In this document: piece after piece, positions 13,321-27,449 of the stretch
Layout of the letters: the number at the start of each line of letters is the position of its first letter
How positions within the stretch are numbered: position 1 is the stretch's first letter
From: the human T2T-CHM13v2.0 reference genome, Homo sapiens
Strand: one strand, 5' to 3'
Length of the DNA stretch: 64,000 nt
Assembly: GCF_009914755.1 (NCBI RefSeq)
Contig: NC_060933.1
Translations under genes and position numbers: made by a program
The notes under the pieces: model-generated
Told to the model about the DNA's origin: nothing
What the model saw: only the letters and a program-made list of their open reading frames with translations
The model's database searches: none

Positions 13321-15867
13321 AGACATGGAACGTGTATGGCAGAACAGAGTAAATAAAGCCCCAACTTTATTTCTGGTCAGAGAACCAAAAAGAGTCCCAG
13401 GGAAGCTGAAAATTATCAGGGATATCAAGAAAGAGGGTGAAGTTAGGGAAAATGACTTTTAAAGTTTTGTAGAAACTCCTGGGCTCACCTCTGATCTGGG
13501 CATGAATAGATCTGACCCTCAACAGTATATACAAAACTTGAGAACTAAACTGCACTGCAAAGTCTTTGAAAACTGAAATCATGTTGGGTCAGTTTACCAA
13601 AAAGATCCAACGGTCCTAAATGTATATGCTCCTATTAGGATAATTTTAAAGTACATAAGCAAAAATGGACAGAATGGAAAAGAGAAATAGACAAATCCAT
13701 AATTATAGTTGAAGACATCAACAGTCTTCTGTGAGAAACTGACAGAACAGACAGAAACAGATAGATCTGATGGAAAATCAGTAAGAGAAGGAAGTACTGA
13801 ACACCATCTATCAGCTAGATTTAATTTACATTTATAGAACCCTCCAACCAACAGCAGAATATACACTTTTTTCAAGTGCATGGAGCATTCACCCAGGTAG
13901 ACCACATCCTGGGTCATTAAAACAAACAAACTAACTAAATGTAAAAGAACGGAAACCATGCAAAGTATGTTCCCTGACCATAATAGAATTAGACTAAAAT
14001 TTAATAACAGAGAGATAGCAAGGACATCTCTAAATGCTTGGAAGGTAAACAATATGCTTCTAAATAATCCATCAAAGAAAAAGTTTCAAGGGTTATTGTA
14101 GATGTCCTTTATTTGGCTGAAGAAGTTACCTTTTATTCCTAGTTTGAATGGATGTTGAAATTTTGTCAAATGATTCTTTGAACTAAATTAAAGATATTTT
14201 AAATTAAATTAAAATGAAAATACATCAAAATTTGTAGGATGCAGGTAAAACATTGCTTAGGAGGGAAATTCTTTAATATAAGCATTAAGAGCTTATATTT
14301 ATAAGAGAAAGGTTTCACATCAATAAACTATGCTTCTACTTTAATAATGTAGAGAAAAGAGAATAAATAAACCCAAGGAAGGAATGGATAAAGATAAAAG
14401 TAGAAATCAATGATAATGAAAACAGGAAAACAATTTAAAACACCAATAGAAACAAAAGCTGGTTCTTTGGAAAAGTAAATAAAATTGATAAACCTTTAGC
14501 AAGACCAACAAAGATGAAAAGAGAGAAGACACAAATTATAAACATCAGGAGTAAGAATACTACTATAGACCCTTTAGACTTTAAAATAATACTAAGAGGA
14601 CACTACAGACAACTCTTCATGAATAAATTCAACAACTTAGATGAAATGGGCCAATTCCTTGAAAAATACAAATTATCAACACTCACCCAACATGAAGTAA
14701 TTTGAATATTTCCATGACTATTAAAGAAATTGACTTCATAGTTTAAAACCTTCCAAAAAATCCTAGTGCAAATAAATATATTGGTGAATTATTGCAAACA
14801 TTAAAAAAATTCTAAATAATATCTTCCAGAAAAAGGAAGAAGATGGAAAATCCCCAACACATTTTATGAGGCTAGCATTACCTGACACTAAAACTAGACA
14901 AAGATAGAATTTTTAAAAAAGAAAAATATAAACTGATATTCCATAAATATAGATGTAAAAATCATTAACAAAATATTAACACAATATATCTAGCAGTATA
15001 TAAAAAGAAAAGTCAGTGGGATTTACTGGGAAAGTGAGGCTGTTTTAATATTTAAAAATCAATCAATACAATCTACTTTATTAGCAGTTTAAGGAGAAAG
15101 ACCACATGATTACATCAATTGAGGCACAAGATCATTTGACAAAATTTCAACATCCATTCAAACTAGGAATAAAAGGTAACTTCTTCAAACAAATAAAGAG
15201 CATCTACAATAACCCTACAGCTAAAATCATATTTAATAGTAAAAGACTGAACACCTTTCCCCTAAGATCAGGAACAAGACAAGGATATCCACTTTCACCA
15301 CTGTTATTCAATATTGCACTAGCAGACCCAGCCAATGCAATAAGGCAAGAAAAGGAATTAAAAGGCATATAGGGTGAAAAGGAAAAAAAATATGGATTCT
15401 ATTCATAAATAACGTAATTGTCTACATAGAAAATCCAAAGTAATACACACACAAAGGTCAGAGGATACAAAATCAATACTCAGAAGTCAATTTTATTTTT
15501 ATATACTATCAGTGTTCAATTGGAAACTGAATTGAAAAAAGCAATACTATTTAGATTGCTCAAAAATTAAATACTTAGCTGTAAATTTATTAAAATGCAT
15601 ACATGATCGATATGCTGAAAACTACAAAACATTAATGAAAAAAAGTCTAAGAATACCTAGAAGGAGAGACATACAATGTTCATGATCAACATAGTAAAGA
15701 TGTCATTTATTTATAAATTGATTTATAGATTAATACAATTCCAATAAAAATTTCCACAGGATATTGATAGATATAAACAAACTGGTTCTAAATTTATATT
15801 GAAAGGCAAAGGAACTAGAAGAGGCAGAACAATTTTCAAAAACAAGAAAGCTACAGGAATCACACTT

Positions 15868-16119
15868 TATTTTTTTCTTTTTTTTTGAGACAGAGTTTTG
15901 CTCTTGTTGCTGGGGCTGGAGTGCAATGGCACCGTCTTGGATCACTGCAACCTCCACCTCCCAGGTTCAAGTGATCCTCCTGCCTCAGCAGGAGCCACCA
16001 CCATGCCCAGCTAATTTTTGTATTTTTAATAGAGATGGGGTTTCACCATGTTGGCCAGGCTGGTCTTGAACTCCTGACCTCAGGTGATCTGTCCACCCTG
16101 GCCTCCCAAAGTGCTGGGA
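15868..16119 (-). mobile_element. Alu (AluS), antisense, 5'-truncated with internal deletion, inserted in L1 ORF2
   Basis: TSD aatcacacttt at 15858-15868 and 16122-16132. Confidence 0.92.
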
Positions 16120-18739
16120 GTAATCACACTTTCTAATTAACAGAAAGCAATGTGTTATTAGCAAAGGCAGAGATAATGAAGCAGAATAGAGAGTCCAGAA
16201 ATACACCTAAATAAATGTGGCTGACTGATTTTTGACAATGGTGCTAAAGCAATTCATATGAGAAGGTATAATCTTTTCAACATATTTAAAGAGTTAAAAC
16301 AGTTAACCCAATTAAAATTATATAAAATGTTTTAACAGATACTTCACCAGAGAGGATATATGGATGTCAAATAAGAACACGAAAATGTGTTCAACATCAT
16401 TAACCATTAGAAGATGCAAATAAAACTGTGATGAGATACTGCTACATAACAATTAGAATTGCTAAAATAAAAATTACTGCTAATACCTTAGTGTTGATGA
16501 GGATGCATATCATCTAGAGCTGTCATATAGTACTGATGGAAATGCCAAATGGGCCACTCTGGAAAGCAGTTTGTCAATTGCTTATAAAACTAAACAGATG
16601 CTTACCATATGACCCTGTACTCCCACTCTTATTCTATAGCTACAGAATTAAAACTGTACACAAATATTTATAGCAGCTCTATTCATAATAGCCCCCAAAA
16701 TGGAAACAACTCAAAGTCCTTCAACAGGTGAATAATAAACTGTGATATTTCTATACAATGGAATACTACTCAGCAATTAAACAGAAGTACTGATACACAC
16801 AACTTGGATGCATGTCAAATGATTTTGCTGAATGAAAGGAGCCCAACTCAAAATGTCACGTACTGTATCATCCCATTTGTATTATGCTCAAAAAGACAAA
16901 ATTATGGAGACAAAAACAAAGCAGTAGCTGCCAGGGGCTAGGGGTGGAGGGAGGTGTGTGACTTCATGAGGGAGTTTCTGTGGTTGATGGAAATGTTATG
17001 TTTCCTGATTGTTGTGCTAGTTCCATAGATCTACACATGTCAAAATTTATAAAACAGAACACAGCAAAAAGTCAATTTCACTGTAGGTTAATTTAAAACC
17101 TTAAAATATATTTCAAAGCTTCCCTCTTAATCCTAATGTGCTGTGCAGCTTGCGTACCACTTCTCTGGAGCAACTACCAATGCTAGACCTCTTTATCAAC
17201 TCTCCTCCAAAAAGTTAGAACTTATTTTGGAGAATCACAGTAAAGGGCAAGTAACTTGCAGCAGAAGATAGACGGTCATTTCAAAGCAAGAGCAGTAGAG
17301 AGTCTGAGAGTCCTTTGTTCTGCCAAGTCAAACAGAAAACATAAATATTTGTATAGCTTTGTAACAAAAGAGCAATATGGGTTTTGGCAGAAAGACCTCT
17401 TAATCGCATTTAAGACTTTAAAGTAATGGAGCCCTGCTCCTATTATGTGGAAATTGCATGCAGATGTAGTGTACATCAGGGATCAGGGTCCTGTCTGAGG
17501 GAGACAATGTTAAAGGTAAAACCCAGACTGACAAGGAGGGCAATCTGTCTACTTGTGCAGATATGGTGGAGCCCATTTGCTTTTTGGCACTGGATCTTGA
17601 GGAGATTGCATGTGCTACTTAGAAGAGTCTCTCTCTTTCTTTCTTTCTTTTTTTTTTTTTTTTGGATCACTTTGCAGTTGTGAGTTCATGACTTTCTATT
17701 TTCAGTTGCACAGATAGCCTTTTAGTTCAAGGATGGGGTGTTTTGGGATCAAAGACAGAAATATTGAGCTATTTGGAATAAGTAGAGTGGTGGGCATTGA
17801 GGGAGACTGGGATTTCCAGTACTGCCTCATCCCCACCCATCCAACTGCAAGTCTCACATCCTCTCTGCTTCCAAAAGGGAGATATTTGACCCTAACTTCT
17901 CTTTCCATAGGATTCAGTCAAATGCTAGTGCATATGGTTATGATATAAGGAAATGGGTCAAGTAGAATTATTGGGGTGCTAGAAGCAAGACCAATTTTAG
18001 ATTACTTAAAAGGAATGCAATGGAAGGATAAGGAGTAACCCAGAATCAATGAAAAAGCTGGTCTCAAAAATAATAGGAACCTAGGTGGTAGGAATTATGT
18101 ATGGGCAATCTCTCCAGAGAATTATCTTCCAGATCAAGGAAGAAATGACATACATTTCCCCCATTCTCACTTCACTCAAGATTCAGCATTTTCTTAGTAT
18201 GAGTTGAGTCGCATGCCCACTCTTTGGCCAGGCAAGAGGAGATCACCTTGAGTGACATACACTGGGGAGGGGAAAAGTTCTACAAAAGTAAACCAGTGGT
18301 CTCTTGTCTTCAGCAGGGGTTGGGTATTTGAAAGGCAGAAACAACAGCTTTCAGATCACCATGGTGGGTTATTCTACATTTTAAACTAAACACCCCTGGA
18401 GGGTGTACAGATAAGCAAAGAAGGGGTACAGGAAGGAGTGGAAAAGGTGGTGGGTATTATGGCAGAAAGAGCAATAGTTTTGGAACTAGACCTGGACCAG
18501 AACTCCCACAGGGATTGGCCTTCAGCTGGCATTACGACCCCAGGGCAAGTCAGTTACTCTGCCTGGAGCTTTGCTTTCTTCATCTAAAGACTGAAGAGGC
18601 TGAACTAGCTGTCCCCTAATATCCCTTTTTGTTACAAATCTTAAGAAATATATACTTTGGGTCTAGGGCCATAACTTAATTTCTTAGCTGAGTATAAAAC
18701 TGTGTTAAACTCAATAGGATTTTTTTTTTAATGCTTATA

Positions 18740-18935
18740 GCAGTGGTCTTCAAATGTTAGAGTGCGTAAGAATCTTATCAGGATTAGATAGGTGGAAAAA
18801 AAAATCCCTTGTAAAATGCAGATTTCAGGGCCCCATCCCCAGAGATTCTGATCCATTCTTTCTGAACAGAACCCAAGAGTCTGCATTTTTAAACAACGTT
18901 GTCAGGTAATTCCAATGCAGGTGATCAAAGCTAAA
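18740..18935. mobile_element. MER5A-like hAT-Charlie relic
   Basis: cagtggtcttcaaa...aaatgcagatttcagggccccatccccagagattctgat...tctgcattttt. Confidence 0.7.
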
Positions 18936-20472
18936 GACCTGCACACCATCTGTTTGATTCCCAGTCCCTAGAAGGAAACCCCATCCATTGGAGCTGCAAG
19001 CACTTAGAAAATGTTTAAAGTTGAACAACTGGACATACCCTTTGAAAGCTCCCTCCTAGGCTCCCTAGATAGTGTGAGGATGCTTGGAATACAGCAGACA
19101 CCAGGGTAGCCAGGGGCTCCACCGCCTGCATATTGGGACACAACGTGGAGATCTTGCATTCTCTCCTTACACTTGCTCACTCACTCTGACTCAAGTGTAG
19201 CCATTCAATAAACCCAAAGGGTAGAGAGTCTGCTGTGAGTACCTTGTGAGTTTTCCTTATTGTTCTGATCGTATGAAGACCTTAAATAGAACCTTTTCAA
19301 ATTCTATGTATTTGGGCTCAGCAGTGCCTGCTTTAGTAAATTTCTGGTTGTAAGAAGTTTAACCTCCAGGCTAAACATTTACACTAAACACCTCTCATTT
19401 GGGGAGTTACACTGAAGGGAGTGTTGTCCATTGTTTTCTTACGTGTAGTTATTTGTGCTCTACCATGTATCTGGGGATCTCCAAGTGCCTTTTAAAAGTA
19501 ATCAGTTTCGCATCAAGGTGTTCCTTACAGACATGTGGTTTACAAATGGTGAAGGAATATTTTTTATGTGTATAAAATGCCTGAGTCTTTCCCTGTCCAC
19601 TACCTTGTATGATGCTCCATTAAAATGTAGCATGGATGCCAAGAGTTCCTTGGCTTTTTGAGGCAAGATAGAAGAGATTGGTCATTTGGCCCAGTATGTC
19701 CTTCCAAATATATCCAGAGGCCTGACCAAATGAAAGTGAATTATAACAAGGGTGAAAGTAATTTAAATAATGTCACAACTTATACTCAGTTACATCCAAG
19801 GAAACCAGTTGTGTATTAAAACCAATAAATAGTAATTTAAAAAGTAATAATTCAAGGAGGACATTACCACAATGTTTGAAATAACTATGCATATTATATG
19901 GTTTACAATGTGCAACACACTTTCCCATACATTCTCATTTCATACACCCTCTTGTCTTCGTTGCGTCCAACCTTAGGATAGAGAGTGAATAGGGAAACTT
20001 GGTCTATAGCCTCTAACAACATGGGCAAGGCCCATTAGGGAGAAGAACTCTTTGTAGAGGACTGATCCCCTATTTCTTTCTGTGTTCTGTTTAAAATGAA
20101 ATTGTTGTCTCTGTTCAGAAGCCTGATTGGTTGTGTACGTGCTGTGCGTGTCTCTGTGTGTATATGTGTTTAATGGGGAAACGAAGGCTAGGAAAGGAGG
20201 GAGATAAATTTATGAAGGATGAAGTCTACAGGTTTTTATTCTTGCTTTATTTTTCACTTTCTCTAATACTGGGGTGGAGAAGCTCTGCATATACTTTGGC
20301 TTCATGAAATGTTGACATTCGAGAGAGGAATAAAAGTGTTTATTCTCTAGAGTTAAAAAGAAACTCAACTCATCAAGTGTGTGTTCTGTTCCACTTGGTC
20401 TTATAAGTCATTTGCCAGCAAGATGAGCTTTATATCGTCTCTCTGGTAAAACATCCTCCCATCTCCTGATCG

Positions 20473-20615
20473 GCATTCCTCCACTCTTTTGCTTCATAAA
20501 TTAGAAGGGAGGATGCCATTGTAATACTTGACCTTATAAGGGGGAAGAGTGGCCCAGCCGTTCCTTAGCTCTGCCCTCCTGTCAGAACTGTATACACTCT
20601 GGAGGCCTTTTAAGG
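20473..20615. promoter_or_regulatory. Candidate SRF/TEAD intronic enhancer: two perfect CArG boxes plus MCAT
   Basis: CATTCCT 20474-20480, CCTTATAAGG 20532-20541, CCTTTTAAGG 20606-20615 in apparently non-repetitive DNA. Confidence 0.5.
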
Positions 20616-21019
20616 GAACGTGGTGCGTGCAGGGAAAACATCCCAAGGCAGACCATCCATTTTCTTTGCTACTGCAGAGTTGGTGCCTGCAAGCTCTGTG
20701 TGACTCTGAAGCATAAATCATAAGGGGTTGCTGGTGCCAAGCCGGAGGGAGGGACATGTCTGAGGATCATGCTCACTGCCAAATGCAGCCGACCTCTTAG
20801 TTTTCACTAAAATCCCATCTCACCACTGGCCTTCTGACTTTTAGTGAAAATTTCACAAGTTGCACATCCTGACATTACTTGTACTTGCCTCCCTGTTGTG
20901 AATTATAATGATGGCTGCAGAGAAGCAACCACTGCCTCCTTAAGGTTTCAGTTTATCCTTCCTGCGCTGTACCATTCACTTCTGTACAGTGAGGCTCGAG
21001 TTTGGAGAGAGAGAGAGAG

Positions 21020-21500
21020 AGAGCTGGCTTTGAACCACAGGGCTTTTTTGTACTAGCTCTGAGGCCTTGGACAAGTCATATAACCTCTCTGAGTCTCAAT
21101 ATCCTCTATTAAGAATGGGGAGGATAAAGGTGATAACATCCTTTTATAGTGTTTAGCACAATGCCTAACACATAGTAAATGCTGAAATGTTAGCTGTTAT
21201 TATTATTATTATTACTACTAGAAGAAGGCTATAGTTTTGGTGTTTGCAGCAAGTATTTCCTACAGTTCCACTATTTCAATCCAGCACGCTTTTTATAAAC
21301 AATTTTTTATAGGCAAAACATATCCAGAAATACCCATAGAGGTCCCTAAGAACATCTTGGCATGATTCAGTGTACAGAGAATGGGTTCTGGAATTGGACA
21401 GGACAGGGCCTGACTCCCTGCCCGGCCACTTACCAGTTCATAGCTTTGGACAAACTATTTAATCTCTTGGTAATTCAGTTTTCCAGTTAGTAGTCTGAGG
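21020..21500 (+). mobile_element. Two MIR fragments
   Basis: ccttggacaagtcatataacctctctgagtctca and tttggacaaactatttaatctct MIR core. Confidence 0.65.
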
Positions 21501-22494
21501 ATACTGGTTGTTTAAATACAGGCATTTGGGTTGCCAGGGGCAGAAACAAATTAAATTGGAGCAAAGAAAAAGAAAGGGTTTGTTGCAAACCTATAGAAAT
21601 TTCACTGAAATAAACTATGGTTTATTTTACAAGATGGGGAAGAGGGAAGAGGAAAAGGGGCTTTGAGGGGAGGAGGGGCTTCTACTTGTAGGCAAATAGG
21701 TTGTCTTCTCCAGTAGCTTCTAATCCTAGACTCACTTCCTTCTTTGAAATCCACCTTTTTGAAGTATATTTCCCAGTAAACAAAAGTCTGCAGGAGAGGC
21801 TAAAAATCACAGAAATGTGACAGTATGTGTCCTCCAAAGGTATGAACCCTCTGTTCTGGGACAGGTCTAGCAGTAGCAACGCTCTTCCCAGGGCACCCAG
21901 GTAGCCGAGTCACCCAGGGAGGGGTTGTTTGGGGAGACACTTAGGGAAGGCTGCGTGTAGCCTCTCTTGAGACCCCTGCACCTTCATGCACAGCCTGTTC
22001 CCACTTAGAGGCTTCCACCCAGCACCCAAGAGTCATGCTAATTTCATTAACAAACCTGCATTAACCAGGACCTCTCTTCTCTTCTCAGTTAGCTCAGGGG
22101 TTCTCAAACTCTTTTTCTGTGTGCAGCCAAAGTCCACTTGCAGCAGGAGCACCACTTGCTACCTGCAGTGATTTTCAAAGCAGCTGGGGCTCTGTATATT
22201 AGAATCTCTTCACTCCTGAGTTTTTGATAATCCTTCTTACGCCCATTGGAATATAGTCCAGAGATCATTGTTCAATCAATAGGCACCCCTCAAGCCCTGT
22301 TCATTGCCAGACCCTGAACTGAGTTGATATTCAGAGAAAGACACAGCCCTTGTCCTCCTGAAGCTGCTGGAGATGCATGCAGGGGACAGCATAGTGTGAA
22401 AGGTGTTGTGGCAGAAATGCTCTAGGTGCTATGGGACAGCAGATTGTGGGCTGATTGTGTCTCTCTGGGGAACCCCAGGAGGGGCCTCTCATTC

Positions 22495-22862
22495 TAGACT
22501 TCTTCACCCACTTGGGCTACTATAGTAAATTACCATAGACTGAGTGGCTTATAAACAACAGAAATGCATTTCTCACAGTTCTGGAGGCTGGGAAGTCCAA
22601 GATCAAGGACCCAGCAGATTCAGTGTGTTGCAAGGGCCTGCTTCCTGGTTCATAGATGGCTGTCTTTTTGCTGTATCCTCATGTGGCAGAAGGGTCGAGG
22701 GAGCTCTCTGGAGTCTCTAATGTAAGGGCACTAATCCCATTTATGAGGGCTTCACCTTCATGAACTAATCACCTCCCAAAGCCTACCTCCTAATAATATC
22801 ACGTTGGGGGTTAAGATTTAACATATGAATTTGGAGTGGACACAGACCTTTAGTCTATAGCC
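22495..22862 (-). mobile_element. MaLR solo LTR (MLT1A-like) within an L2 relic
   Basis: taccatagactgagtggcttataaacaacagaaatgcatttctcacagttctggaggctgggaagtccaagatcaagg. Confidence 0.8.
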
Positions 22863-25800
22863 CTGGGGCTCTAGCTTTGCTTCCCAGAAGCTGAGACTGA
22901 AAGGACAATTAAGACTCAGCTAGCCGAAGTGAGGGAAGCAGCATCACCAAGCCCTGGAGGGCAAAAAGAATGGCTTGTCTGGGAATTGCAAGCCTTTGGA
23001 GTCCCTGGAAAGTAAAATTGAGGAGTATTTCCTCAAGAGAGGAGAGATTCTTTTCCTCAAGGTGAACTTCAGCTATGGGTGCCCTCTGATGGGGACCCCA
23101 TGGTCAGAGAGCTTTCAACTCACACAGGCACCTTCCCCTACCCAAGGTAAGGATTTCTGCCTGTTAAGTGATAGCTGCATTTATGGAGTGTTTATCATGT
23201 GTCGCAACTGCCCCCATCTCTGCCTATGAGCACGTGAAGGCTTGTAGAAAAGCAGTGACTTACCCAAGTCCCCAAAGCTAGTGAAAGGTGGGCATCAGGA
23301 TTTGAACCCAGGTTTGTCTACCCAAGGAGCCAGAGCTTGTTTCACTCTACTGCACAGCCTCTTTAATCTTAGATGCAGGAACTGAGGATAAGAGAGGATA
23401 AATGACTGGCTTACAAGTGTCGCAGAATTAATAGTGTAAGAGTGCAACTTCAAACCCCAGTCTGTCAGATTTTAAATCCAGTGAGATGCTTACAGCTATG
23501 GGGGTAGGGTGGGGAGGACAATTGCTTTGCTTACATTTAAGAGAGATGTCCAGGGGAGGCAAGAGTTGGACCTCAGCCTGCTGGGGTTTGACCAGTATAG
23601 TCAGCATGCTCACATGGTAGACTCTCATACCAGCACCAATGTTCAATGTCAGTTCAAGTGTGAACCCCTTTTGAGGACCTCTTAAACACTGTATGATACA
23701 TGAATCAAAATTCAGCTATTAAAATTGTGAATAGAGATATACAATTGCATATGTTAATTGATCATTGTCATTTGTGTACAGTTTGTCTTAACTATTTTAA
23801 ACTTGCCTAAAAACAAGAATCTCTAGAAATAAAAAATAAAAACAAAAACAAAAACAAAACAAACAAAAAAACCACTGCTTTTAAGTACTGACACCTGGGC
23901 TCTAACCAAGACCTGTAACCCAGAATATTCTAGCAAAGAGGCCCAGGAATTCACATTTTTAATTAGCACCCCAGGTGGTTCTTATTATCAAGAAAGTGTA
24001 AAAAACTTTAACCTCTTCCGAAGGTGAATGATCAAGTACCTCCAGCTCCCCCAACTCAGAATGTTTTACAGCTTGCCAAAAAGAGGGGGAAACACTGTCC
24101 AAGCTTGTTTGCTAGGTTAGGCCTTTAAGGCCACTATCTGGGAATTCCATATGTGTAATCATACTGTAAGTTTAATAAAAGTTTACATCATATGAAGTAA
24201 ATTTGCCACTTTTATTTGGATTGGATATGCACATTTGGTTTCATGAGGGGGGAAAAATCCACTGTCATATTTCATCCAGCTAGAAAATATGTTATAAGTG
24301 AAGGATCATTTCTCTTTTCTGACTCTTGGAACATTGTTTCAAGATTTTCAGAGAAACTCAGTCAATAGCTTAGTGCTGGGTTAGTGTGCTGGGATTGCAT
24401 GTGTCTGTATCTCATATTCGAAATCTGCATAATTAACTGCATTGGAAATTGACAGAGAAAATGTGAGCTGACTGAGAGAATTCTGGGATGGAATGTTCGG
24501 AAATAAATTTGTAGAACCTTATGAAAGCAAAAACAAGATATGCAGAATATTGTAGGAATGGTGGAGGATTCTTCCTGAAACCTTATTGTGCGAGAAATAA
24601 CCTAAGGTCCTGCTGAGTTAAACTATCCTTCTGTGTCCCCAAAATACACAGCCACCTACCCACTTGAACATCCATACACAAACACATACAAGCATACACA
24701 CACATACACACATGCATTTTATCCCTCATTGGCACTTTCAACCCCTTGCCTAGGACTGTTGATATTCATGAACCCACTTAAAGACCTGAAAACAATTATA
24801 AGCTCCAAAATGAAGACATCCGCAATGCCAACACGATTAACTGCGTAATTGAATATGTATAAAATACCACATGTTGTCACTTTATTCTTAAATTTAATAT
24901 TCAAGAAATCACTATAACACTTTAGAATAATTTGTAGGATATATTTTCTTCTTTTGAAAGGTTTCCAGAGTGTGCGTGAGCAATATCATTGCCAATAGTT
25001 AATTAAATGAGTGACTTGTAGCCTCGTCATTTCAAAAGCAAAATTATAAAAATTCTTTCAAGTTCTTTTGGAGCAAAAGTAGATTTTTATGTGAGATGTG
25101 GACATATTTTAATATTTTTGGTATGATATGGGATGGGGCCTCATAAACACACATTCAGAGAGTTTACCACCACCGAATGCTTTTGCACAGGGCACACAAT
25201 TGGAAAAAATAAAATATGCCATTCAAAGTTGGGTCTTTAACAGCTCAAAGATGGTGAAAGGCTTTCAGGGCCTCTCTCCATTGTGTGACTGTCTCTGAAG
25301 GGTGTAGTCTACTTCCTGCTACACCAGAATTGTCCTTAGGGAACTTGAGGACAGTAGATTCTACTCTGCCTGAATTCAGGTGAGGCCAATGGTGAGCTGC
25401 TGCATCCAGTTGCATAGGATGTGCACTGTGTAAGGGCACCACATACCAAGGGGGCATTATTCCCATTGCAAACACCCTACACTTGAATATTTATTATGAC
25501 AGCGCTTCAGCAGATGGCATTAAAGTGTTCTGTTCTGAGAAACTCAGTGTGCTACAATACTTTTTAATAGCCATAAATTACTGGATCTTGAAGAAGGGAT
25601 ACCTTTAGCACAAAAGGCACAGCTTGGGCTTCAGCCCTGGCCTGACAGAGAGAGAGGTATTCCTCCTGCTCCATTCACCTTTATCTCCCTCCACTGTAGG
25701 CTGTGGGATTTTGACCTAAAGGGACTGCTCACCAACCCCCTGCCCCACCACAAGACTGTGCCCCTGAAGCAGTTCCAAGCTCAGAAGCCCTGGAGTCTTC

Positions 25801-26924
25801 CATTCCTACCAGCCCTTTGCCCTTCTACCACCAGCAGGCTTGCTTGTTTTCTGGCAGTTAGTCCCTGAAGTAAAAGCTCCCTGCCCTTCTCTTAGTAGGA
25901 AGTTTCTCCTAAGCACCAAGAGCCCCTACACGGAATGGAACCACGCAGACCAACGTGGCCCTTGCCTCAGTCTCCAGAGAAGGGGGGAGGGTCAGTTAAG
26001 TGGCCTTCTCATCTCCCTGGGGAGTCTCTGCTTCTCCAGTTGATCTCAGGAACTTCCTGTTCTCACCAACCTATTTTGGTCTCTGTCTCCCATAGACGAC
26101 TAGAACCTCTGAGAGAGGATCGGTCTCAGTGCAGGTAGCACTGCACGGGTGATCCTGAATGCAAACAGCTGCTGTTCCCATCTCCTTCCTCTTCCCCTAC
26201 CACATCCTCTGGATCTGAACCCCAGAACAAGACTGCTCAGGGGAACAGAGAACATGTCACTCAGATACCAAACAGACGTACTGTCAGCCACATTCACTAG
26301 CCATGCCTTCAGCTGTCCCCACTAGGCTAGTCCCAGAGTGGATGCTAAGGCAGGGCTGCCCTTCCCTGCTGAGTTCAGAGCTTAGTGCAAACTAGGACCT
26401 GGAGGAGGGGTATCTCTGCTTCCAAGGCATCACCTTCCAACATCTCCTTTCTCAAGGCTCTTTGGACAAGACATCTTGCTGGGAATCCTTGATGTGAGTT
26501 AAAAGCATTTAACATAGTCCTTCTTCTCCCTTGCTCTTCAAAAGTGTTCAGTAGGAGTAAATTCCCTTGGACCCCACCACTATCATAGTCCTATGAAGAA
26601 AATATTGGTTGGTAAATCTTAGCCAGCATTTTCCCATGTGTGCTGAATGAAACCACCAACTCCACAAGGTGCTCTGTGTAAATGTGAGAAATGTATACTC
26701 TACCCTCTTTGTGAAGTTTTACAATGAAATGAGCATTTGGTTTTGAAATATCCTGCCAAAGTAGAGAGTCCACTTTTACCATAGTCTCTTACCTTTTCAT
26801 AATAAATTTATAGCACTGGACTTGGTAAATTAACATATAAGGTTATTAACCTTTTCAGCCAACCCTTTGTATGTAATTCCTTTGGAAATTCATCCACCAT
26901 CGCTTAATTTTATCTTAAACTTTC

Positions 26925-27210
26925 TGGTTTGGTTTTGTTTTTTGAGACAGGGTCTTGCTGCTGCCCAGGCTGGAGTACAGTGGCATAATTATAGCTAACT
27001 GCAGCCTTGAACTCCTGGGCTCAAGCAATCCTCCCATCTCAGCCTCCCAAGTAGATGAGACTACAGGTGCACACCACCACAGCTGGCTAATTTTAGTATT
27101 TTTTCTTTTTTTGAGCCAGGAGTTTTGCCTAGGGTGGTCTCAAACTCCTGGGCTCAAGCTATCCCCCCTCCTTGGCCTCCCAAAGTGTTGGGATTACAGG
27201 GGTGAACATG
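26925..27210 (-). mobile_element. AluJ, antisense
   Basis: tttgagacagggtcttgct...gcagccttgaactcctgggctcaagcaatcctccc. Confidence 0.92.
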
Positions 27211-27449
27211 CTGTAATCTCCCTCCTTATCTCAAACTTTCAATCATCCCATGTATTTGCTTCCACTGGTATTTTAAGACCAAGTTCTGGAAGCACCTTTA
27301 TATTAATGTAGGAGGAGTCCATGTTCTGATGGGCCCCATGAAGTTTGCATGAAATGAGCAAGTGTCTTTAAGCACTTACCTTCAAGAGACTAACGGATTA
27401 GAGAAGGAGTTAGGTGTCCCAGCATCTAAGGCAATATCCTGTGCTGAGT

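Larger units (their letters stand above)
12137..17100 (+). mobile_element. Degraded L1M (L1MC/MD-like): 5' region, ORF2 remnants and 3' UTR, interrupted by two Alus
   Basis: ORF2-like translations ([20 protein letters not shown]; KFNNLDEMGQFLEKY); 3' UTR caatggaatactactcagcaat; many stops and frameshifts. Confidence 0.85.

Noticed and set aside
13594-15372. ORFs of 63-152 aa, some RT-like
   Set aside because: Fragments or antisense readings of a decayed L1 ORF2; no intact retrotransposon
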